The translations under genes and the position numbers were made by a program. The notes under the pieces were generated by a model, which was not told the DNA's origin, made no database searches, and saw only the letters and a program-made list of their open reading frames with translations. From IMG/VR virus record IMGVR_UViG_3300022594_000001: a DNA stretch of 64,000 bases; one strand, given 5' to 3'. Below, piece by piece: positions 8,695-16,500 of this stretch. The stretch's first letter is position 1. The number at the start of each line of letters is the position of its first letter. Source of the DNA: a virus (Duplodnaviria; Caudoviricetes).

Positions 8695-8911
8695 ATCAGT
8701 TAGAGATAGCTACAAAGAAATGGTTATCAAAGAATCCGAAGGCTTTCGCCTAACACTGAAGAAGCACGAAGTATTAAGTCCTAAAGGCTTGTTTAGTATC
8801 GATATGCTTCAAGAAAGTTTGAAAGACGGTGAGGTTGTTAGCTCGCAAGAATATAACTTCTTTATGACTAAAGAAGAATGTCAAGCACTAGCATATGGCC
8901 TAACTGCATGA
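8681..8911 (+). CDS. Hypothetical protein
   Basis: ATG 8681 with GGAG RBS; 76 aa. Confidence 0.6.
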   Translation: MELHESVRDSYKEMVIKESEGFRLTLKKHEVLSPKGLFSIDMLQESLKDGEVVSSQEYNFFMTKEECQALAYGLTA

Positions 8912-9435
8912 AGAAAGTCTATTATTCTTGGCAACAAGTACAAGGTGCCTGTTTAGATATTGCTAGACAATTACGCAAAGATAAATGGGCACCTGACTAT
9001 ATCGTTGGCATTACCAGAGGAGGAGCAGTTCCTGCCATACTGTTAAGTCAATATTTAGATGTACCAATGCGCCCACTACAAGTAAGTTTACGAGATGGTG
9101 GAGAATGTGTTAGCGATTGCGGAATGGCTGAAGATGCGTTTGGACATCTCATTTACGATCCAATGTGCTCCGGCGACGGCAAGAAAAAGATCCTAGTCGT
9201 CGATGATATTAACGATCAAGGATCAACTATTGCTTGGATTAAACAAGACTGGCAAGCAAGTTGTCATCCAAACGACGAACGTTGGCTTAACGAAATATGG
9301 GGACGAAATGTCCGCTTTGCTACACTTACCGACAATATTGCTAGCAAAGAAACTGTTGACTACTCAGTGTGGGAAGTTAACAAGGCAGAAGAAGATTGTT
9401 GGTTAGTTTATCCTTGGGAGGATTTTTGGAAATGA
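8908..9435 (+). CDS. Type I phosphoribosyltransferase (xanthine/guanine PRTase-like)
   Basis: IVGITRGG loop and PRPP-binding motif ILVVDDINDQGSTI; ATGA overlap at 8908. Confidence 0.88.
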   Translation: MKKVYYSWQQVQGACLDIARQLRKDKWAPDYIVGITRGGAVPAILLSQYLDVPMRPLQVSLRDGGECVSDCGMAEDAFGHLIYDPMCSGDGKKKILVVDDINDQGSTIAWIKQDWQASCHPNDERWLNEIWGRNVRFATLTDNIASKETVDYSVWEVNKAEEDCWLVYPWEDFWK

Positions 9436-9626
9436 TTAACGCACTATTTAAACTAATTTTAGGCATTACACTAATTGTATTTGTAATTGTTGTAGGACCA
9501 TTAGCAGGCATCTGGTCTCTTAATACACTATTCCCAGTATTGCATATTCCATACACATGGGAAACTTGGTTGGCATTTTTGTTACTCTTTGGTAGTGCAA
9601 CTGGATTGAGATTCGGGAAGAAATAA
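9432..9626 (+). CDS. Small membrane protein
   Basis: 64 aa, almost entirely hydrophobic. Confidence 0.6.
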   Translation: MINALFKLILGITLIVFVIVVGPLAGIWSLNTLFPVLHIPYTWETWLAFLLLFGSATGLRFGKK

Positions 9627-9808
9627 TGCCAGAACTAACTGTAGCAGAACTCGAAGCAAAGATTAAAAAAGCTAAACAAGATTCCGAATCTCTCAGAGCA
9701 ACAGGGGAAAGTAGTCGAAAGATGGAAGTGCTTTCCGAGTATATTGAAATGCTAGAAGAAGACTTGTACAATGCACGTAAACAAGAAAATTCACAAGAAA
9801 AAAGATAA
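9626..9808 (+). CDS. Small coiled-coil hypothetical protein
   Basis: 60-aa ORF, TAATG coupling. Confidence 0.55.
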   Translation: MPELTVAELEAKIKKAKQDSESLRATGESSRKMEVLSEYIEMLEEDLYNARKQENSQEKR

Positions 9809-9821
9809 AAGAATAAAAATA

Positions 9822-10031
9822 ATGTCTGATGGATTTACTCATATGGTGCAAGTGCCTTGGCATAGTCAATCAGGTAAATGGTGGAACGAAGCATGTGCTG
9901 ACGTTATAGAAGTATTTGGATTACCAGGTGATCGTTTTACAAGTTATGCCAAAATGGAATCTATGGAGTTTTATTTTAAATCAAACAGGGATGCAGAATT
10001 ATGCAAGATACTTCTAAGCGACAAGATTTAG
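9822..10031 (+). CDS. Hypothetical protein
   Basis: ATG 9822 after the previous stop; WWNEACADVIEVFGLPG. Confidence 0.55.
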   Translation: MSDGFTHMVQVPWHSQSGKWWNEACADVIEVFGLPGDRFTSYAKMESMEFYFKSNRDAELCKILLSDKI

Positions 10032-10228
10032 ATTTTTACTTAGTTTTAGTGTTAGGGTTTTTAGGAATGGTGTTTGCCATTTACTGGAACTATACACACC
10101 CACATGTAACAGTTAGATATGATTGCTCGATTGCAGAGATTAGTCCAGACTATCCAGTTCAAGTTAAGGAAGGATGTCGCAAACTTCGAGCAAAATATTT
10201 TGAAGAAAATTTGCAAAAACCTAAATAA
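10001..10228 (+). CDS. Small membrane-anchored protein
   Basis: Hydrophobic segment FYLVLVLGFLGMVFAIYW; two Cys in C-terminal part. Confidence 0.55.
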   Translation: MQDTSKRQDLDFYLVLVLGFLGMVFAIYWNYTHPHVTVRYDCSIAEISPDYPVQVKEGCRKLRAKYFEENLQKPK

Positions 10229-10239
10229 AAGTATAAAAT
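10211..10239 (+). promoter_or_regulatory. sigma70-type promoter with a TAAATA box in the spacer
   Basis: TTGCAA(10211-10216)-17 bp-TAAAAT(10234-10239); TAAATA 10222-10227; AGGAG RBS before folE. Confidence 0.55.
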
Positions 10240-10258
10240 TAAAGCATTAGGAGATATA

Positions 10259-10954
10259 ATGTCAGAAAAAAACTTATCACAAGTAATACGCGAACAAATG
10301 AAACGACAAGGCAAACGTTTCTGGGCTGGCGACAATATTAGCGATTATGTCGATGAAGAACAAAAAGAAGTATTAATCGAAGAAGCTACTGTAGCTTTTG
10401 AAAAGGTACTAGATACACTTTTGATTGATAGAGAAACAGATCCAAATTCGCACGGTACTGCAAAGCGCCTAGCTAAAATGTATTTTAATGAAATTATGTC
10501 AGGGCGTTATGATCCTGCACCAGACGCAACAGCGTTTCCAAATGATAGTGAGGATAGATATGAAGGCATGTTGGTTGTTCGTAGTGAGTTGCGTAGTATG
10601 TGTAGTCATCATCACCAACCCGTTACTGGCGTTGCTTATATTGGCATTATTGCCGCTCAAAAACTTATTGGCTTATCTAAGTACACCCGAATCGCACAGT
10701 GGTGTGCTAGAAGAGGTACACTCCAGGAGGAACTTTGTAATGATATTGCTAGGGAAATCGCAAAAGCAACAGAAGCTAGAGACATAGGTGTTTATGTACA
10801 AGCTGTACACGGGTGCTGTGAGAATCGCGGAATTATGGCTAAAAGTAGTTTAACACAAACTACTGTACTTAAAGGTGCGTTTAAAGAAGATGCAGGTACA
10901 AAGAAAGAATTCTTTGACAACATTAAAATGCAACAGGAGTACGCCTCAAAATGA
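10259..10954 (+). CDS. folE: GTP cyclohydrolase I
   Basis: GTAKRLAKMY, SMCSHHHQP, IGLSKYTRI, LQEEL, HGCCENRGI. Confidence 0.95.
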   Translation: MSEKNLSQVIREQMKRQGKRFWAGDNISDYVDEEQKEVLIEEATVAFEKVLDTLLIDRETDPNSHGTAKRLAKMYFNEIMSGRYDPAPDATAFPNDSEDRYEGMLVVRSELRSMCSHHHQPVTGVAYIGIIAAQKLIGLSKYTRIAQWCARRGTLQEELCNDIAREIAKATEARDIGVYVQAVHGCCENRGIMAKSSLTQTTVLKGAFKEDAGTKKEFFDNIKMQQEYASK

Positions 10955-11172
10955 CAACAGCTAAAGACTTAACAGATCAATTAATTAATCGTGCTAAAAA
11001 CTTACAAGAATTTATAGTTGAACGCGAGTTCAACGAAATTCCACTTAATGGTGTGGTTAAGTTTGATGTACAACATAGTAAAGGACACCCAGCTCGAATC
11101 TTTGTTCATGCCCTTACACAACAAGAAGCTGAAGAAATGGTTAACGAGTGGTTTGAAGAAGCAAATGACTAA
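10951..11172 (+). CDS. Hypothetical protein
   Basis: 73-aa ORF, ATGA overlap with folE. Confidence 0.6.
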   Translation: MTTAKDLTDQLINRAKNLQEFIVEREFNEIPLNGVVKFDVQHSKGHPARIFVHALTQQEAEEMVNEWFEEAND

Positions 11173-11563
11173 TCCACAAGTTCCAGCCGAAGGTATCCTA
11201 ATTAGAAAGGATTATGGCGATGCCAAAAGTTACACTGTACCGTGTGAATGCTGTGGCTCCAATTGCGAGCACAATGTCTGGGTCGAAGCAGACGAAACAG
11301 GAGTCACAGTCACAACATACACCCAACAAAAAACAAAATGGTGGGAACTTAACAGATGGCAAGTCATTTGGCGATTGCTTACAACAGGCTATGTCGAATA
11401 TGAAGCGTCCATTATAATGTCCAAACAACAAGCTCTTAACTACTCAGCCGTGTTACAATCATCTGTTAACGATATAGAGCAGTTTGAAAAAGATCGTAAA
11501 TGGAAACAAGATTTAGTTAATAAAATTGCTACTAGATTAGCCAATGAAGGTGATTGTGAATGA
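11165..11563 (+). CDS. Hypothetical protein with Cys/His cluster (CECCGSNCEH)
   Basis: ATG 11165 overlapping previous stop; possible Zn site. Confidence 0.6.
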   Translation: MTNPQVPAEGILIRKDYGDAKSYTVPCECCGSNCEHNVWVEADETGVTVTTYTQQKTKWWELNRWQVIWRLLTTGYVEYEASIIMSKQQALNYSAVLQSSVNDIEQFEKDRKWKQDLVNKIATRLANEGDCE

Positions 11564-12411
11564 GTAAAATTAAAATTGCAGAACTATTTTATAGTGTACA
11601 AGGTGAAGGACGTTACATGGGTGTACCGTCTGTTTTCTTACGTACATTTGGATGTAACTTTAAATGTGCCGGCTTCGGTATGCCTCGAGGCGAACTAAGC
11701 ATAGAAGCAGAGGACATTGCACAAGTTGCACACTTATACAACAAATATGAAGAACTTCCTTTGGTTACTACGGGGTGTGACAGTTATGCTAGTTGGCATC
11801 CTAGTTTTAAAGAACTTAGTCCAATGCTCACTTCAGACGCAATCGCCGATAGAATCTCGGAAATTATTCCGTTCGGCGAATGGAAAGATGAACACTTGGT
11901 AATCACAGGCGGTGAGCCATTGCTAGGTTGGCAACGTGCTTATCCAGACTTGCTAGATCATCCTAAGATGAAAGGCTTGAAAGAAATTACCTTTGAAACA
12001 AACGGTACTCAAAAACTTACACAAGACTTTAAAAATTATTTAGGTGTATGGAAAGGTCTTCCAAGACAAAAACGTGAAATTACATTTAGTGTAAGTGCCA
12101 AGTTGCCGTGCAGTGGCGAAAAGTGGGAAGAAGCTATTCAACCAGACATTGTATGCGAATACGAAGAAGTTGGAACTGCATACTTAAAATTTGTTATTTC
12201 TACAGAACAAGATTTTGAGGATGCTCAACGTGCAGTTGCTGAGTATCGTAAAGCAGGATTTACAGGACACGTTTATCTAATGCCGGTTGGTGGTGTTGAA
12301 AGTGTTTATGCATTAAACAATAAAGCAGTAGCTATTATGGCAATGAAAGCAGGTTTACGGTATAGTGATAGATTGCAAGTGCCATTATTTAAAAATGAAT
12401 GGGGAACCTAA
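11560..12411 (+). CDS. queE: 7-carboxy-7-deazaguanine synthase, radical SAM
   Basis: IAELFYSVQGEG, VFLRTFGCNFKC, GCDS, VITGGEP, FETNGT, SVSAK, LKFV, YLMP, YSDRLQ. Confidence 0.9.
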   Translation: MSKIKIAELFYSVQGEGRYMGVPSVFLRTFGCNFKCAGFGMPRGELSIEAEDIAQVAHLYNKYEELPLVTTGCDSYASWHPSFKELSPMLTSDAIADRISEIIPFGEWKDEHLVITGGEPLLGWQRAYPDLLDHPKMKGLKEITFETNGTQKLTQDFKNYLGVWKGLPRQKREITFSVSAKLPCSGEKWEEAIQPDIVCEYEEVGTAYLKFVISTEQDFEDAQRAVAEYRKAGFTGHVYLMPVGGVESVYALNNKAVAIMAMKAGLRYSDRLQVPLFKNEWGT

Positions 12412-12605
12412 TGTTACATATTAGAAAAGAAGGCGGAACTGTACGCAATGGATTTAATTTTTATCCATTGACCGATAAAGGTAGTTTTGGATTTTTATTT
12501 AGATATGGTCCTAAAGATCCGATATTTAATCTAGGTCAAAAAGTATTTTGGTTTCGATACAGCAAGCAAACTAAAAAATGGATTATAGGAAAGCACAATG
12601 ATTAA
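12411..12605 (+). CDS. Small hypothetical protein, aromatic-rich
   Basis: ATG 12411 overlapping the queE stop. Confidence 0.5.
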   Translation: MLHIRKEGGTVRNGFNFYPLTDKGSFGFLFRYGPKDPIFNLGQKVFWFRYSKQTKKWIIGKHND

Positions 12606-13053
12606 GAATTTTTTTAGAAAAATTACAGGACTAGATGCATTAGATAAAGCTAAAGAGCAAGCACTAGAAGAAGCCCGTGCCGCTGTTAAGTTAGCTGCAC
12701 ACGCACAAGCAGAATTAGAAGCTGCTAAGGCAGCAGAGGAGGCAGCAAAACTGGGCCCAAAAGAACGTGCAACTGCCCAAGGGATGCCTTATGTAGCTGT
12801 TTTAGATACGCACGTAAATAAAGACAACATTCGCAATGGATTCTTTGAGCTAGACTGGAATGATCAATTTATTGTAGAACTTAAAACTGCTGGATATGGA
12901 TTTGACGGTGATCCAGACGAAGAGATTGTGGATCGTTGGTTTAGAGATCTAGCGGCAAACATGCTAGCAGAAGCAGGCGAAGATCCATCTAGACATACTG
13001 CTGGATTTATTAACGTTAACAGAATTAATCCTAATCGTTCAGAGATTTCTTAA
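12598..13053 (+). CDS. Hypothetical protein (N-terminal Ala-rich coiled coil)
   Basis: 151-aa ORF in operon. Confidence 0.7.
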   Translation: MIKNFFRKITGLDALDKAKEQALEEARAAVKLAAHAQAELEAAKAAEEAAKLGPKERATAQGMPYVAVLDTHVNKDNIRNGFFELDWNDQFIVELKTAGYGFDGDPDEEIVDRWFRDLAANMLAEAGEDPSRHTAGFINVNRINPNRSEIS

Positions 13054-13634
13054 TGCACACTGTATTAGAAAATAACGAATACATCGACCAGTACAACTGG
13101 TCGTCTTTAATTACGCAAGAAGATAATATGCAATTAATGACTATTGCTAAAAGTATCATTGATGCAGGCGATTATTTTACTAATAGTCCTAAGTTTCAAA
13201 CTAGACAAAATTTATTTGCAAGACCAGAACCAGTCTTTTTAAAGATGCGTCAAAGTTTTATATACTCTTGTTTTATGTTTTTAGAAAAAGAAGTTCGTAT
13301 TAAAAACATTATGAGTTGGGTTTTTATGACTAACAACAAGACTACGGAAAATAGAGATGATTTTTGGCATAACCATCATATTAGCGATAATGACGGTACT
13401 ACGGATACACTTAGTGGAATTTGGTACGTGCATATTCCCAAAGTTCAAAATCAAGATATTACCGGAACCGAATATTCAATGGCAGGGCCTCCCAACTTTA
13501 ACGACACATTCTTTTTAAAACCAAAAGAGTTGACTTGGAACGTATATCCTAGTAAACTGTGGCATAGACCCGGAATCACAGATTCAGACGATTACCGGTT
13601 TGTTTTTGCAGCAGACATGGAATACTATAAATGA
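13053..13634 (+). CDS. Putative 2OG-Fe(II) oxygenase / cupin-fold protein
   Basis: WHNHH, LSGIWYV, YPSKLWHRP, RFVFAAD follow the HxH...SGxxY...PSxLxH...R pattern of phage 2OG oxygenases. Confidence 0.6.
   Translation: MHTVLENNEYIDQYNWSSLITQEDNMQLMTIAKSIIDAGDYFTNSPKFQTRQNLFARPEPVFLKMRQSFIYSCFMFLEKEVRIKNIMSWVFMTNNKTTENRDDFWHNHHISDNDGTTDTLSGIWYVHIPKVQNQDITGTEYSMAGPPNFNDTFFLKPKELTWNVYPSKLWHRPGITDSDDYRFVFAADMEYYK
13530..13558 (+). promoter_or_regulatory. sigma70-type promoter inside the preceding gene, upstream of RNase H
   Basis: TTGACT(13530-13535)-17 bp-TAAACT(13553-13558). Confidence 0.5.
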
Positions 13635-14650
13635 CATATATTTTGGTTGATACAGCCAACACATTCTTTCGTGCTAGACACGTAGTTCAAGGTAATGCCG
13701 ACATTAAGCTCGGCATGGCATTCCATATTACATTTAATTCAATTAAAAAAGCGTGGCAAGACTTTGATGGGAAACATGTTGTGTTTGCATTAGAAGGTCG
13801 TTCGTGGCGTAAAGACTTTTACAAGCCTTACAAAGCACAACGAGCAGAAGCCCGTGCAGCAGCAACAGAACGCGAACAAGAAGAAGATACATTATTTTGG
13901 GAAGCCTTTGATGAATTTAAAAAGTTCATTACAGAAAAGACTAATGTAACAGTCTTACATCACCCACAACTTGAAGCAGACGATTTAATTGCTGGATTTG
14001 TACAAGCCCATCCAAATGAGAAACATGTTATCATTAGCAGCGATGGAGACTTTGCACAGTTAATTGCACCAAATGTTCAACAGTACAACGGAATTGCTGA
14101 AGTAACAACAACTCACGAAGGGTACTTTGATGCAAAAGGCAAAAGAATTAAAGATAAAAAAACAGGCGAAGATAAGCCAGCACCTAATCCAACATGGCTC
14201 TTGTTTGAAAAATGTATGCGTGGTGATACCAGTGATAATGTCTTCTCGGCGTATCCAGGTGTGCGTACTAAAGGCAGTAAAAACAAAGTGGGTCTTACTG
14301 AAGCGTTTGAAGATCGTAACAGCAAAGGATTTTCGTGGAACAATCTCATGTTGCAGAGATGGGTTGACCACAATGGTGTAGAACATCGTGTTCTAGACGA
14401 CTATCAACGCAATGTAACATTGTGCGATTTATCAGCGCAGCCGGCAGATATACGTGCATTAATTAACGAAACAATTGACACAAACGCAGTACCAAAAGAT
14501 ATTACTCAAGTAGGTATTCGTATGTTAAAATTCTGCAATACATGGGACATGAAGAAGATTGCAGACAACATACAATCGTATGCTGAACCGTTCCAAGCAA
14601 AGTACCCAGAGTCATCTGTTACTTTACGTAAACTTAACCAGGAGTATTAA
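13631..14650 (+). CDS. rnh: T4 RNase H-like 5'-3' exonuclease (FEN family)
   Basis: ILVDTAN, VVFALEG, WRKDFYKPYKAQR, LEADDLIA, IISSDGDFAQL, GDTSDNV. Confidence 0.9.
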   Translation: MTYILVDTANTFFRARHVVQGNADIKLGMAFHITFNSIKKAWQDFDGKHVVFALEGRSWRKDFYKPYKAQRAEARAAATEREQEEDTLFWEAFDEFKKFITEKTNVTVLHHPQLEADDLIAGFVQAHPNEKHVIISSDGDFAQLIAPNVQQYNGIAEVTTTHEGYFDAKGKRIKDKKTGEDKPAPNPTWLLFEKCMRGDTSDNVFSAYPGVRTKGSKNKVGLTEAFEDRNSKGFSWNNLMLQRWVDHNGVEHRVLDDYQRNVTLCDLSAQPADIRALINETIDTNAVPKDITQVGIRMLKFCNTWDMKKIADNIQSYAEPFQAKYPESSVTLRKLNQEY

Positions 14651-14651
14651 A

Positions 14652-14846
14652 ATGAGTGCAATTACAGAAAAACTATCTAAAGCAAATGAAAGCTTCACTA
14701 TTAATCGTTATGATAACGGTTTTATGATTGAAGTCGGTGGTCGTGATGATAATGACGATTGGAAAAACGCTAAAGTTATTGTTGGTACTGAAGACGAACT
14801 AATCGAACTAATTAAAGAAACCCTTTCGTTACCATTGGCGGACTAA
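14652..14846 (+). CDS. Small acidic hypothetical protein
   Basis: ATG 14652 with AGGAG RBS; 64 aa. Confidence 0.65.
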   Translation: MSAITEKLSKANESFTINRYDNGFMIEVGGRDDNDDWKNAKVIVGTEDELIELIKETLSLPLAD

Positions 14847-14848
14847 TT

Positions 14849-14995
14849 ATGCGTTGCAACGCTTGCGGTGAAGATACCGTTAAGAAAATCAATTGTGATT
14901 GGAGACAAGGACGGTGTCCACATCGTCCTGTTACTGATTATCATTTAAGATTTTATAATTTGTTACAATTCATCAAAGGACTATTTAAGAAATGA
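14849..14995 (+). CDS. 48-aa Cys-rich peptide, absent from the ORF track
   Basis: MRCNACGEDTVKKINCDWRQGRCPHRPVTDYHLRFYNLLQFIKGLFKK fills the intergenic gap exactly and ends with ATGA overlap. Confidence 0.55.
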   Translation: MRCNACGEDTVKKINCDWRQGRCPHRPVTDYHLRFYNLLQFIKGLFKK

Positions 14996-15471
14996 CAGAG
15001 ATACACGCAAAGCCCATCGTTGATGGAAAGTTTTGGATCGTAGAAGAAGACGGCGTTAAGATTGCTACTCTTCATAAAAAAGAAAACAACAAATTTGTCT
15101 TAAGCAGCACTAATGGCGAAGTAATGTTTAACAAAAAAGATGATTTAACTAAGACATTCGGTAAAGGATTCTTTGTGTCTAATGATAAAATCATTGTTAC
15201 ACAAGCAGAACCAAATGAATGCCACGGATATCCTACTAGTTGTAAACCATATAATGCAATGTATGACGTACAGAGAAAGCTACCATTGTTTACAAAGAGT
15301 AATGCTAGCAAAAGTCTATACTGTGCAGGTTACTACACTATTAAATTTGACAAAGGTTGGGTAAGATCGTTCTGTCCTAAAGCAATTACTGTTGAACGTT
15401 ATCCATTTAAAGGTCCGTTTAAAAGTGAACTAGAAATGAAGAGTGTACTAGCAAATGCAAAATCCGATTAA
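14992..15471 (+). CDS. Hypothetical protein
   Basis: 159-aa ORF in operon. Confidence 0.7.
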   Translation: MTEIHAKPIVDGKFWIVEEDGVKIATLHKKENNKFVLSSTNGEVMFNKKDDLTKTFGKGFFVSNDKIIVTQAEPNECHGYPTSCKPYNAMYDVQRKLPLFTKSNASKSLYCAGYYTIKFDKGWVRSFCPKAITVERYPFKGPFKSELEMKSVLANAKSD

Positions 15472-15700
15472 TTTAACTCCTATAACTCAATTTATACAGT
15501 CAGTACGTAGTGCAGAACTAACACAGGCTAAAGAAGTTAAGTTATCACTACAGCAAGCAAGGTTACTAAGCCTTGCTTTAGCTGAAATACAAGATAAGCT
15601 AGTACAAGACTATGAGACTATGTTTAACGATCTTAAAAAGAGCATAGACTCAGGAGTGGTTACAGTAACAATGGACGGCGGCGGGTTCGACGACAAGTAA
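15455..15700 (+). CDS. Hypothetical protein
   Basis: 81-aa helical ORF. Confidence 0.65.
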   Translation: MQNPINLTPITQFIQSVRSAELTQAKEVKLSLQQARLLSLALAEIQDKLVQDYETMFNDLKKSIDSGVVTVTMDGGGFDDK

Positions 15701-15706
15701 AAAGAG

Positions 15707-15713
15707 ATAAATA
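15707..15713 (+). promoter_or_regulatory. T4-type late promoter (ATAAATA)
   Basis: GATAAATA 29 nt upstream of ATG 15742; same motif precedes the structural genes. Confidence 0.65.
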
Positions 15714-15741
15714 TATGCGTATATAATCGAGGATACGCATT

Positions 15742-16026
15742 ATGAGTCGCCCAAAGCCAGAAGTATTGTTAGAATACGTAAACAAAAAAACATACAAAGC
15801 AGAACAAGTTCTTGAAGCAGAAGCCATCTGGGCTGTCTTTTACAAAGGCGCACCTTTTAATTTAAAGAGCTTTAATAGTCTTACTAGCTATCCTGGTCCT
15901 AAATACAAGAAAGTATCATTTAGCAATCCCGGACATGCACACAACCTAGCTAAAAAACTTAATTTAACCTTTGGATGCACTGACTTCCAAGTGGTTAAAT
16001 TAACTAGCGGCACCGTAGTAGTATGA
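15742..16026 (+). CDS. Hypothetical protein
   Basis: 94-aa basic ORF with GAGG RBS. Confidence 0.7.
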   Translation: MSRPKPEVLLEYVNKKTYKAEQVLEAEAIWAVFYKGAPFNLKSFNSLTSYPGPKYKKVSFSNPGHAHNLAKKLNLTFGCTDFQVVKLTSGTVVV

Positions 16027-16421
16027 TATCACGTGATGCCTTAACAAAGATATTCCTTCAACAATGGGGTAAAAGCACCGATGATGCTAATGTTAAGATG
16101 TATTCACGTACTTGGTGGCAAACAAACCGTACAAACAAGCAAGATGCGTTCCGATTAACCGACAAAGGTTACGAATTTTTGGTTCGAGAATTGGATTTAC
16201 AGGAGTATGAAATCCCATTTACCGAGCCAATTGAGCTTAGTCCGCAGACAATTATCTTCTTAGAACGCTATGTTGACTGCCCTTATTTCCTTACAAATCA
16301 AAGCATTACAGTATTTTCTGAGAAAAAAAGCTTCGAATTGTACCTATTTTCCGACGATATCCGTAAATTTGGGCTAGTTAAAGCCATGAATGAACGACAA
16401 AAAGATCTAAATAATTCCTAA
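16023..16421 (+). CDS. Hypothetical protein
   Basis: 132-aa ORF overlapping the previous stop. Confidence 0.7.
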   Translation: MISRDALTKIFLQQWGKSTDDANVKMYSRTWWQTNRTNKQDAFRLTDKGYEFLVRELDLQEYEIPFTEPIELSPQTIIFLERYVDCPYFLTNQSITVFSEKKSFELYLFSDDIRKFGLVKAMNERQKDLNNS

Positions 16422-16427
16422 AAACGG

Positions 16428-16456
16428 TTGACGCACTAGTTGTTTTGCCTTATAAT
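16428..16456 (+). promoter_or_regulatory. sigma70-type promoter
   Basis: TTGACG(16428-16433)-17 bp-TATAAT(16451-16456). Confidence 0.8.
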
Positions 16457-16500
16457 AGAGGCTACAAAACAGTTTTTCAACAACCTTTTAAGGAACTAAA

